This document shows, in pieces, positions 1-8,077 of a DNA stretch of 40,021 nucleotides. The stretch spans positions 1-40,021 of the IMG/VR virus record IMGVR_UViG_3300032212_000055; one strand, 5' to 3'. Below the pieces are notes generated by a model that saw only the letters and a list, made by a program, of their open reading frames with translations, did no database searches and had not been told where the DNA came from. Both the position numbers and the translations under genes were made by a program. Within the stretch, counting starts at the first letter, position 1. Every line of letters begins with the position of its first letter. The stretch is from a virus. Its lineage: Duplodnaviria; Caudoviricetes.

Positions 1-127
1 CAGGCCATGCAACAAGGTAAGAACCCCGGTGAGGCTGTGTATAACCTGGCCAAAGCGCGTGGTTATGTCACAGGCGCTAACGCAATACCGGGCGGTGAGG
101 ATGATGATGCTAATAAGGAAACGCTCG
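1..127. repeat. Terminal direct repeat (copy 1) identical to 39895-40021; most likely circular-assembly overlap
   Basis: First 127 nt (caggccatgc...aacgctcg) match the last 127 nt exactly; 127 is a common maximum assembler k. Confidence 0.95.
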
Positions 128-297
128 ATAAGCAGCTTGATACCATCGAGAAAGGCCAGAAGGCAGCAGGCACCCTGGATGGTGGTAAATCAACACCAGA
201 GGGTGAGGTGACACTGGACGACATCAGCAAGATGTCCGACGATGCATTCGACAAGCTCTGGGCTGATATGGATAAGGCCAATAACAGCTATAATTGA
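1..297 (+). CDS. C-terminal part of the capsid scaffolding protein (gene starts at 39235 and wraps the join)
   Basis: In frame with the open frame from ATG 39235; acidic C-terminal helix (DDISKMSDDAFDKLW) typical of scaffold capsid-binding ends; lies between portal and capsid. Confidence 0.8.
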   Translation, partial: QAMQQGKNPGEAVYNLAKARGYVTGANAIPGGEDDDANKETLDKQLDTIEKGQKAAGTLDGGKSTPEGEVTLDDISKMSDDAFDKLWADMDKANNSYN

Positions 298-321
298 TTT
301 TATCCACAACATAAGTAGAAT
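294..321 (+). promoter_or_regulatory. Putative sigma70-type promoter for the capsid operon
   Basis: TTGATT (294-299), 16 nt spacer, TAGAAT (316-321). Confidence 0.5.
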
Positions 322-343
322 ATGTCCTAAGCCCTGTGGATAA
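300..343. promoter_or_regulatory. Two perfect DnaA boxes in inverted orientation
   Basis: TTATCCACA at 300-308 and TGTGGATAA at 335-343. Confidence 0.65.
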
Positions 344-489
344 CTTTCCGCAGGGTTTCCGCATTTCCCAGCGATAGGGCACCAGTGACGACTGATTCAA
401 ACGTGACCAGCTGAGGCAGCAGTATCTGTCATCGTGGTATGGACGATCCATACAACACAATTTGATTAACTAATTATTGGAGCAATCCC

Positions 490-1566
490 ATGCAGACAGA
501 ATATGGGGTCAATGCACCTGAAGCGGTTAAGCTTTGGTCACGAAAACTCATGCACGAAGCGCTCAAGCAAACCTGGGCGTCTAAATTCATGGGCAAAGAT
601 TCTTCGGCTGTATGCCAGATCAAAGACGATACCCAAAAAGGTGCGGGCGACCGAATCCGAACTACACTACGCATGCAGTTATCTGGTGCGGGTGTTCAGG
701 GTGATGACACTCTGGAAGGTAAAGAAGAAAAACTCACCACGCATACCGATGACCTGCTGATTAATCAGCTGCGTCATGCTGTGCGTTCTAAAGGTAAGAT
801 GACCGAGCAGCGTATCCCCTTCTCAATTCGAGAAGAAGCGCGTATGGGTCTTCAGGACTGGTGGGCAGATCGAATCGATAGCTGGTTCATGAATCAGTTA
901 GCTGGTAACTCAGCGCAGGAAGATACTCGTTACACGGGTAATAACGCTGCACTAGCGCCAGATTCCAGTCATCACATCTTTGCTAACAGCCATGCCTCAG
1001 AGGCAACCATGACCGCAACCGCGTCAGCGCAGTTCAGTCTGGGCCTGATCGATGCATGCCGACTTAAAGCTGAAACCCTTAAGGTGCCTATCCGTAAGAT
1101 GACGGGTGCCGGTGGTGCTGATTATGTGATGTTTGTTACCCCTGAGCAGGAGTATGACATGCGTCGTAATGCTAGCTCGATGGAGTGGGCAGACATTCAA
1201 AAAGCAGCTATCCAGGGCGGTCAAATCTCAGATAACCCAATCTTTAAGGGTGCTCTGGGTATGTATAACGGCGTACTGATGCACTCGTCTTACCGCTTAC
1301 CAGTCACTGATTCGACTGGTGGCTCTAAGATTGGTCGTTCAGTGTTCTGTGGTGCGCAGGCGGCTGTCATGGGCTTTGGCCGTGGTGATGGTCCGAACCG
1401 TATGGACTGGACAGAAGAGCTGTTCGATTATAAGAACAGTCTGGGTGTCGAAGCTGGTTGTATCGCAGGTCTTAAAAAGACTCGTTACAATAGCGAAGAC
1501 TTTGCAACAATGGCCGTTAGTGCTGCGCATTCCTCGAATGCTGCATCATTCACTGGCCGAACTTAA
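490..1566 (+). CDS. Major capsid protein, N4-gp56/DUF4043-like (HK97 fold)
   Basis: 358 aa; N-terminal T.YGVN.P.AVKLWS.KL, GD.TLEG.EE.L, INQLRHAV, NPIFKGALGMYNGV, W.EE.FDY.N motifs; follows scaffold. Confidence 0.9.
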   Translation: MQTEYGVNAPEAVKLWSRKLMHEALKQTWASKFMGKDSSAVCQIKDDTQKGAGDRIRTTLRMQLSGAGVQGDDTLEGKEEKLTTHTDDLLINQLRHAVRSKGKMTEQRIPFSIREEARMGLQDWWADRIDSWFMNQLAGNSAQEDTRYTGNNAALAPDSSHHIFANSHASEATMTATASAQFSLGLIDACRLKAETLKVPIRKMTGAGGADYVMFVTPEQEYDMRRNASSMEWADIQKAAIQGGQISDNPIFKGALGMYNGVLMHSSYRLPVTDSTGGSKIGRSVFCGAQAAVMGFGRGDGPNRMDWTEELFDYKNSLGVEAGCIAGLKKTRYNSEDFATMAVSAAHSSNAASFTGRT

Positions 1567-1580
1567 GGAGGGACTGAGTC

Positions 1581-2027
1581 ATGGCACATTTTGAAACTCA
1601 AGAAGCTACGTCAGGCCCTGCTGTTGCTGTACATGCAGGTCTTAACTCAGTGGTGGTTCAATACACCCTGGATGAGACGGCATCAGGCAGTACATCTATC
1701 GCTATCTGTGCATTACCAGCAGGCGCTGAGGTTACACGAGCTATGGTTCGTGCTAATCATGCAGCACTTAACGCTGGCGCTGCACCGGGCGCAGTTCGTT
1801 TATATCCCACTATCGGTGGTAACAGTGTCGGTGATCTCATCAGCACAGCGACCATCAGCTATCAGATTCAATCTGGTGCAGCGGGCAATAACGAGTCTGG
1901 TTTAGGTGTACGCTTAACCGGTTCCGCTAATCTAATCCTGAACCTTGAGGATTTGACCGGCACCGGCACAGCAAGCACGGTCTTTACCGTCATCGTTGAT
2001 TACTTGGCTGAGAAGTCGGGCGATTAA
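1581..2027 (+). CDS. Putative capsid decoration/cement protein
   Basis: 148 aa, rich in small residues and predicted beta; strong RBS AAGGAGG; directly after MCP and before a terminator. Confidence 0.6.
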   Translation: MAHFETQEATSGPAVAVHAGLNSVVVQYTLDETASGSTSIAICALPAGAEVTRAMVRANHAALNAGAAPGAVRLYPTIGGNSVGDLISTATISYQIQSGAAGNNESGLGVRLTGSANLILNLEDLTGTGTASTVFTVIVDYLAEKSGD

Positions 2028-2031
2028 AGAT

Positions 2032-2090
2032 AGGTAGCGCCCATCCTCGCTACCTGGGGTCGTTAGCTTAGGCTATCGGCCCTTTTTCGT
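2032..2090 (+). terminator. Tandem hairpins / intrinsic terminator after the head genes
   Basis: AGGTAGCG..CGCTACCT stem, then GGGGTCG-TTAGC-TTAG-GCTA-TCGGCCC followed by a T-run. Confidence 0.7.
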
Positions 2091-2144
2091 TTCTTAAGAT
2101 TTACCCTCACGGCGTATCATTCCCTAAACACAGAGGGAACCATA

Positions 2145-3569
2145 ATGCCGCTACTAGCCGACCTATTCGCCGCTACTCAACAGAAACACTTACAAGCATC
2201 AGAAACTAACGATATCGTCTTATTGCGCGAGTGCTACGAGGAATACAATGCCTTTCTCAACCAGGCACCTGATGAACCTGCCTTTATCTTTGCGATTGCG
2301 ACACTCAATATGCAGTTTGGTTACAACGCGCAGGCCATTGCACAATTTAAACGCTGTATTGATCTGGACCCCAATCAAGCTAATTTCTGGAATAACCTGG
2401 GCAGTGCTTATAAGAACGAGCACATGGACGATGAGGCTGAGAAGTGCTGGCTAAAGGCTAACGAGCTACACCCATCAACGGAATACCTGAATAACCTGTC
2501 TGTCTTGCACATTAACCGGGGGCACCCTGAGACCGGTATCGAGTTTGCTGAGAAAGCCATCGAGATGGACCCGAAAAATATTAAGGCCAACTGGAATTAT
2601 TCGCTGTTACTGCTTGAGCAACAGGATTATAAAAACGGCTTTGTACAGTATGAAGCTGGCTTATTGACAAAAGACCGGATGAATAAGCTGTACGACGCTA
2701 AAAACGGCACGGTACCGTACTACGAGGGGCAGGACCTGAGCGGTAAGACTATCGTGGTCTTTGGTGAGCAGGGTATCGGTGATGAAGTGCTCTATGCGAC
2801 TGCCATACCTGATCTGATTGCTACCGGCGCCAATATAATCTATGACTGCCATGACCGGCTTGAGTCAGTGATGAAGCGCTCATTCCCTGAGATTGATATC
2901 AGGCCCAATCGTAAGGACTACAACAGCCCTGAGTGGGCTAAAGATATGCACATTGATTACCGACTCGCTATCGGCTCACTGTTTCGCTTCTTTGGTGTGA
3001 GAAAACGCCCGCCTTACTTGGAGCCAGACCCTGAGCTGGTTGAGAAGTACCGGACGAAAATGGAGAACACAGGCCCAGCCCCGTATGTGGGTATTGGTTA
3101 TGCCGGTGGCCATAAGAAAACCCACGGTCATGAGCGCAGTTTTAAGCTCTCGGACTTAACCCCGGTGATTGATGGTGAGGCGACACTGATCTCACTGCAG
3201 TACACCCGTGAAGCCACAGAGAAGCTGAAGAATCACTTTATCCAGACAGGCCGAAAGATACATCACTGGCCTATGGTGATTTACTCGCACCTGGACGATG
3301 CCGCCACAGACAAGGCAGACGGCTATAACTACGAGAACACCATCGCCCTGATAGCAGCTCTTGATTATTGCGTGTTGCCTAATACCTCGGCGGTGCATGT
3401 TTGTGGTGCTGTAGGGACTACCTGCTACACATTAACCCCGGATGCTAAGGCATGGCGCTACTGTTCCGATGATAACCACATGAACTGGTATCAGGACCAC
3501 GTCACGCAGATTTATCAGGATGGTGACTGGGATAAGGCGATTAAGACACTTGCGGAGGCACTTAAATGA
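2145..3569 (+). CDS. TPR-repeat protein with C-terminal GT-B glycosyltransferase domain (GT9/heptosyltransferase-like)
   Basis: N-terminal TPRs (FWNNLGSAY, YLNNLSVL, ANWNYSLLL); C-terminal EQGIGDEVLYA, ISLQY and ALIAALD...NTSAVHVCGAVG motifs of TPR-GT9-like proteins. Confidence 0.8.
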   Translation: MPLLADLFAATQQKHLQASETNDIVLLRECYEEYNAFLNQAPDEPAFIFAIATLNMQFGYNAQAIAQFKRCIDLDPNQANFWNNLGSAYKNEHMDDEAEKCWLKANELHPSTEYLNNLSVLHINRGHPETGIEFAEKAIEMDPKNIKANWNYSLLLLEQQDYKNGFVQYEAGLLTKDRMNKLYDAKNGTVPYYEGQDLSGKTIVVFGEQGIGDEVLYATAIPDLIATGANIIYDCHDRLESVMKRSFPEIDIRPNRKDYNSPEWAKDMHIDYRLAIGSLFRFFGVRKRPPYLEPDPELVEKYRTKMENTGPAPYVGIGYAGGHKKTHGHERSFKLSDLTPVIDGEATLISLQYTREATEKLKNHFIQTGRKIHHWPMVIYSHLDDAATDKADGYNYENTIALIAALDYCVLPNTSAVHVCGAVGTTCYTLTPDAKAWRYCSDDNHMNWYQDHVTQIYQDGDWDKAIKTLAEALK

Positions 3570-3967
3570 TTGTTGCAACTAATATTGATGTTGTCGAAAT
3601 GCCTGACGATAAAGGCGAAATACATCGGATGATTCAACAGCAGAGCATGGGTCAAATGCCGCCTATATATGACAGCGCAGACAACCCGGTAGACCGTGAG
3701 GTGATGATAGAAACTATCCAGGGCAGACGCTTTAGAAACAGCAAAGGACTCGATATCGTATTGGGCATGAGCAATCAGGCTCAAGAGGCCCTGGGCATCT
3801 GGTTTGATACTGTCGAGAACCAAGCAAATATCATTGATGATTTACATAATTCCAATAACCGGCTAATGGCCGAATTGAACATGCTCAGAAAGACTTACGA
3901 TGCCTTTGAAAAAATGGGGTTTTGGTCTAGGTTACGATTCGCATTTACAAGGAAATATAAGCTATGA
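3566..3967 (+). CDS. Hypothetical protein
   Basis: 133 aa ORF with 4-nt overlaps to both neighbours. Confidence 0.7.
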   Translation: MIVATNIDVVEMPDDKGEIHRMIQQQSMGQMPPIYDSADNPVDREVMIETIQGRRFRNSKGLDIVLGMSNQAQEALGIWFDTVENQANIIDDLHNSNNRLMAELNMLRKTYDAFEKMGFWSRLRFAFTRKYKL

Positions 3968-4620
3968 AAACAGCCGTTATCGTAGGTCATGGCCCCAGCG
4001 CACTCGATGGCAAATTAGGTGAGTTTATCGACGCTCAGGACTATGTGATCAGGCTTAAACGCTGCCAGGAATCACTCAAATACCCTGCAGACTACGGCAC
4101 GCGCACTGACATTCTGGGTGGTTCATACGGCATAGCCGGTGCTATCAGACAGATACCAGCCGATCATTACTGGGTCTGGGTGGACTCACGACAGGATGAG
4201 CCCGACGTCAGCATTATTGAAACTCTGTTCTATGGTCACACCGTCGATGTTGATATCAACCTGTGCCGGTTCTGGGACTCTGCCTACATGCGCAGACGTG
4301 ACAAGGTCGACCAGTATGAGAAGCACGAACAGATGGAACAGTCTCAATATGCCGACGAATACGGTGAGAAACACCTGTCACAAGGGTTTAAAGCCATTGT
4401 CTATGCCGCTGAAAAGCTGGATGTGGATAAGATTTACCTAGTTGGCTTCGATAACATGATGACCGGTGAATTTACGTGGTCCATTACACGAGGCCCTGAC
4501 TTTGACCAGTACGCCACACACCGCTGGGATATTGAGCACGAGATGTTGCCACAGGTAGAGATTGTCTATGGCAAGAAAATCATTTTTAAAGTACCGGAGA
4601 TTACCCATGAGCAAGATTAA
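3964..4620 (+). CDS. GT29 (sialyltransferase-like) glycosyltransferase
   Basis: Sialylmotif-L-like AVIVGHGPS...LGEFIDAQDYVIRL...DYGTRT; S-like LSQGFKAI...IYLVGFD; VS-like H.W..E. Confidence 0.7.
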   Translation: MKTAVIVGHGPSALDGKLGEFIDAQDYVIRLKRCQESLKYPADYGTRTDILGGSYGIAGAIRQIPADHYWVWVDSRQDEPDVSIIETLFYGHTVDVDINLCRFWDSAYMRRRDKVDQYEKHEQMEQSQYADEYGEKHLSQGFKAIVYAAEKLDVDKIYLVGFDNMMTGEFTWSITRGPDFDQYATHRWDIEHEMLPQVEIVYGKKIIFKVPEITHEQD

Positions 4621-5911
4621 ATTTGTTACTTCATTCTCAGAAAAAGGTTTTAAGGAATACGGTGAGCGCATGCTTGAAACCTTCTGTGAGCATAACGACT
4701 TTCCGATAGTGGTCTACTACGAAGGCAAGAAAAAGCCGACGTTTAAGCGACCACAGATTGAATACCGGGATTTATTCAAGGTGCCGGGGGCTGCTCATAC
4801 CATGAATGTGCTGTCAGGCTTCCCCGTATTCTCTGGCCTGGTGGATGCAGTGCACACTGATCGACGCTTTTATCAATACGATGCCTTTAAGTTCAGCCGC
4901 AAGATGTTTGCTCAGGCTGACGCAGCTGGCGCCCACGACGGGCTTCTGTTCTGGCTGGATGCTGATGTTATCTGTCAGGCGCCATTCGATCCTGATCGTT
5001 TGGAGGCCATGCTGGAAGGTACTTATATGTGCTATTTAGGCAGGCCGAGCTGGCATTCCTGTGCTTCATTCGTGGGCTGGGACCTGACACATGAGGTTGA
5101 TAGCGTGTTCTGGACTAACTATTTCAACCTGATTGTCAGTGGTCGCTTCCTGGTACTGAAGGAATGGCACGACTCGTTCTGGCTGGATGAGATACGCAAA
5201 GGGGCGCATTTACCAGCACGTAATGTTGCAGGCGGTCTTGATCTTGAAGATGGCCCGGTTAATGTCTTTGACCGAGTCTGGCAGGGTGTAGCTAAACACC
5301 TGAAGGGCAACATCAAGAAAGGGCCACAGCGCTATAACCAGCTGATAGATATCGTGCGCGAGAAGCAGCCCAAACACATCATTGAGATTGGCACCTGGAA
5401 CGGTAACAGAGCCGTGGAGATGCTGAATGCTTCAGACGTGGCTGAGTCTTACATCGGCTTTGATCTGTTCACTCAGGCAACCCCTGAGACCGATGAGCAT
5501 GAAAAGAATGTTAAACCTCACTTCACCATCGAAGATGTCAAAGGCTACATTCACGACTGCGTGGGTGATGAGATTGTCGTCGAGCTGCACGAGGGCAACA
5601 CGAATGAAACGCTAGCCGACTTTGTTAATGGTGAAGTGGTGGCGCATGACCTGATTTATATCGACGGTGGCCACGCTGTTGAGACTATTGAGTCTGATCT
5701 GGTCAATGCTATGCGTGTTATCGCCCCAGACGGCACCATCGTTATGGATGACTACTACGAAGGCATGCCAGAGGAAGACCTGGATAAGTGGGGCTGTAAC
5801 CGGGTACTGGAAAAACTCGGTATTGAGTACGAGGTGTTACCTGTCGCTGACCCGGTCAATGGTGGCGGTGTCACTAAAATGGTCGTGATTAATGGAGCCA
5901 GCCTCACATGA
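4607..5911 (+). CDS. Fusion of a GT-A-like sugar transferase domain and a class I SAM methyltransferase (Methyltransf_24-like)
   Basis: ATG 4607 after GGAGA; N-half DAFKFSRKMFA...WLDADV (DxD) and EWHDSF; C-half IEIGTWNG, DLIYIDGGH and VMDDY. Confidence 0.75.
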   Translation: MSKIKFVTSFSEKGFKEYGERMLETFCEHNDFPIVVYYEGKKKPTFKRPQIEYRDLFKVPGAAHTMNVLSGFPVFSGLVDAVHTDRRFYQYDAFKFSRKMFAQADAAGAHDGLLFWLDADVICQAPFDPDRLEAMLEGTYMCYLGRPSWHSCASFVGWDLTHEVDSVFWTNYFNLIVSGRFLVLKEWHDSFWLDEIRKGAHLPARNVAGGLDLEDGPVNVFDRVWQGVAKHLKGNIKKGPQRYNQLIDIVREKQPKHIIEIGTWNGNRAVEMLNASDVAESYIGFDLFTQATPETDEHEKNVKPHFTIEDVKGYIHDCVGDEIVVELHEGNTNETLADFVNGEVVAHDLIYIDGGHAVETIESDLVNAMRVIAPDGTIVMDDYYEGMPEEDLDKWGCNRVLEKLGIEYEVLPVADPVNGGGVTKMVVINGASLT

Positions 5912-6522
5912 ATGCACGCATTATTGAGAAAAACGGATTCTTTATGCCAGAAACTCGGTTCGTTAATGAAGATTTGGGTAAATGGCTGGATCAGGCTAAG
6001 ACGCTTGATTTAGCGCTGCCCTATGTTCAAAACTTTGACCATGCGCTGGATGTCGGTGCCTATATCGGGTTGTGGACTATCCGCATGGGCCAGAGTTTCG
6101 ATAAGGTTACTGCCTTTGAGCCAGTGCCTGAGAACTACACGGCCATGCAGATGAACCTGGAAGACACAGGCATTAGCGTGCACCCGGTCAATAAGGCGGT
6201 AGGCAGTCACGTAGGCACCACAGACATGAGACTGAAAGGTGCTAATCATGCCACTATCACCCCAGAAAGAGAAAGCACGCACACCTTCAAAACCACGTCG
6301 ATTGATTCCTATGGCTTTGATGATATCGGTCTGATCAAGCTGGATATCGAAGGCATGGAACGACAGGCGCTGCAGGGTGCACAGAAAACCATTAAACGAT
6401 GCTCACCGGTTATCTGCATTGAAATCAAATTCCACGAGAAAGAAATCGATGCAGACTTGCGCGAGATGGGCTATTCACAGGTATTCAAAAACAAACTAGA
6501 TGCGATTTACGCGAGGACATAG
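5908..6522 (+). CDS. FkbM-family SAM methyltransferase
   Basis: LDVGAYIG, AFEP, IKLDIEGME..AL.GA motifs. Confidence 0.85.
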   Translation: MNARIIEKNGFFMPETRFVNEDLGKWLDQAKTLDLALPYVQNFDHALDVGAYIGLWTIRMGQSFDKVTAFEPVPENYTAMQMNLEDTGISVHPVNKAVGSHVGTTDMRLKGANHATITPERESTHTFKTTSIDSYGFDDIGLIKLDIEGMERQALQGAQKTIKRCSPVICIEIKFHEKEIDADLREMGYSQVFKNKLDAIYART

Positions 6523-6524
6523 CA

Positions 6525-6728
6525 ATGGATGAAACACTAGTTATCAGAACGGCATTAAATGGTTTTATAGTAGAAAACCTGGACCCTAATAATGATTATG
6601 CACAAACATCAAATAAGATGGTTTTCCAGTCTATGACTGAATTGCTGCACCATATCACTGAGTTTTACGGTTATAGAAACCCTAGCGAAATCATGAGTGA
6701 TAAGGAGGAAAAGCATGCAGCCTCTTAA
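6525..6728 (+). CDS. Hypothetical small protein (AT-rich)
   Basis: 67 aa ORF filling the gap between two transferase genes. Confidence 0.55.
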   Translation: MDETLVIRTALNGFIVENLDPNNDYAQTSNKMVFQSMTELLHHITEFYGYRNPSEIMSDKEEKHAAS

Positions 6729-7416
6729 AATCTTCATCGGGTTTGATCCCGTCGAGTCAGTGGCCTGGCATACGCTGGTGAGTTCGATCATGAGTCAGGC
6801 ATCAGTGCCGGTGTCGATTATCCCGTTAAACCTGCGTAATCTGCGCGATATCCACCACCGGGAGCGTGACCCTAAGCAGAGCAATGAGTTTACCTATATC
6901 CGCTTCCTGGTGCCGTATCTGTGCAATTATCAGGGTACAGCGCTATTCATGGACTGTGACATGCTGCTGAGGACGGACATTAAAGAACTGTTCAGCCTGG
7001 CAGACCAACAATATGCGGTCCAGGTGGTGAAGCACGACTATGAGCCTAAGCACTCGATCAAGTATCTTGGTAACGTGCAGCATTCATACCCGCGTAAGAA
7101 CTGGTCGAGCGTGGTGCTGTGGAACTGTGGACACCCTAAGAATAAGGAAATCACCCCCTATAAGGTCGATATGGCCGACCCGTCGTACCTTCACCGCTTT
7201 AACTGGCTGGATGATGACGAAATCGGAGAGTTGCCTATTGGCTGGAATTTTCTTGTTTCAGAATATGATGCAGACACCATAAATCATAATGATATCAAGA
7301 ACTTACATTTTACAACGGGCGGGCCTTACTTCAAGGAATACGAGACCGTAGACTTTGCTGCTGAATGGTTCGAAGCGTGTGAAAATATGCAAAGATGTGC
7401 TCAGCTAGACGACTAG
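6715..7416 (+). CDS. GT-A fold glycosyltransferase (GT8-like)
   Basis: RBS AAGGAGG; IFIGFD, SNEFTYIRFLVPYLC, FMDCDML (DxD), YPRKNWSS, WNFLV, LHFTTGGPYF. Confidence 0.85.
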   Translation: MQPLKIFIGFDPVESVAWHTLVSSIMSQASVPVSIIPLNLRNLRDIHHRERDPKQSNEFTYIRFLVPYLCNYQGTALFMDCDMLLRTDIKELFSLADQQYAVQVVKHDYEPKHSIKYLGNVQHSYPRKNWSSVVLWNCGHPKNKEITPYKVDMADPSYLHRFNWLDDDEIGELPIGWNFLVSEYDADTINHNDIKNLHFTTGGPYFKEYETVDFAAEWFEACENMQRCAQLDD

Positions 7417-7421
7417 GCCTC

Positions 7422-7465
7422 GGTCTGCTTTAATAGCGGGGAAACCCCCGCTAATGGAGCAGGCC
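7422..7465 (+). promoter_or_regulatory. ~19-bp hairpin that sequesters the RBS of the adaptor gene
   Basis: GGTCTGCTTT pairs with GGAGCAGGCC (with G-U); TAGCGGGG/CCCCGCTA inner stem; ATG immediately after at 7466. Confidence 0.6.
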
Positions 7466-8077
7466 ATGAAATTTGGCGACGCACGAAACCAGTTACTTGA
7501 TGAGTTATTTCGTACCGGGCAGCTCACTTCTCAAGCCCATACCTACATCAACAAAGCAATTGATTTCTATAAAAAGACCCCGACCTATTTTAACGAAGAA
7601 GTTTCAACAGCGCAGACCGTAGCGGGTGAGGAATATTTCGACTTACCTATTGATTATGGGTCGCTTCAATCTTTAACCCTGCAGGTCGATACTAACGAAT
7701 ACCGATTAATCCACCGCACTATGCAGGAAATGGACGACATGTATGTCTCAGCCGATAACTATACCGGCTATCCCCAGGACTTCTGTATATTCCGTAACCA
7801 AATCCGTTTAGGCCCTGTGCCTGACCAAGCTTATACCCTTAAGATGGCTTATCGCCGCTACCCAGAGACCGCCTCAGCCTCACATCAGGTGAATATCTGG
7901 CTAGATAACGAGCCCGACTTAATCATCGCCAGGGCAGCCCAGCAGATGTGCTTTAAGATCATTCAGGATGTCCCCAGGGGCCAAGTATTCAAGATGGAAG
8001 AAAAGGAATACCAGCAGGAAATGACCTCGACCACAGCCCGAAAAGTGATGCGAGGCTATACAAAGGGAAGAAATTAA
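7466..8077 (+). CDS. Head-to-tail adaptor / tail tubular protein A-like
   Basis: ~200 aa; Y.DLP.D, G.P..F, IRLGPVPD.AY.L...Y pattern typical of podovirus adaptors; position in the operon. Confidence 0.7.
   Translation: MKFGDARNQLLDELFRTGQLTSQAHTYINKAIDFYKKTPTYFNEEVSTAQTVAGEEYFDLPIDYGSLQSLTLQVDTNEYRLIHRTMQEMDDMYVSADNYTGYPQDFCIFRNQIRLGPVPDQAYTLKMAYRRYPETASASHQVNIWLDNEPDLIIARAAQQMCFKIIQDVPRGQVFKMEEKEYQQEMTSTTARKVMRGYTKGRN

Noticed and set aside
7-297. 96-aa ORF as an independent gene
   Set aside because: It is the in-frame C-terminus of the scaffold gene starting at 39235
2145-7416. GT cassette as O-antigen seroconversion or DNA hypermodification locus
   Set aside because: No GtrABC-like membrane proteins, no modified-base synthesis genes or own polymerase, and it sits in the morphogenesis operon; disfavoured but not excluded
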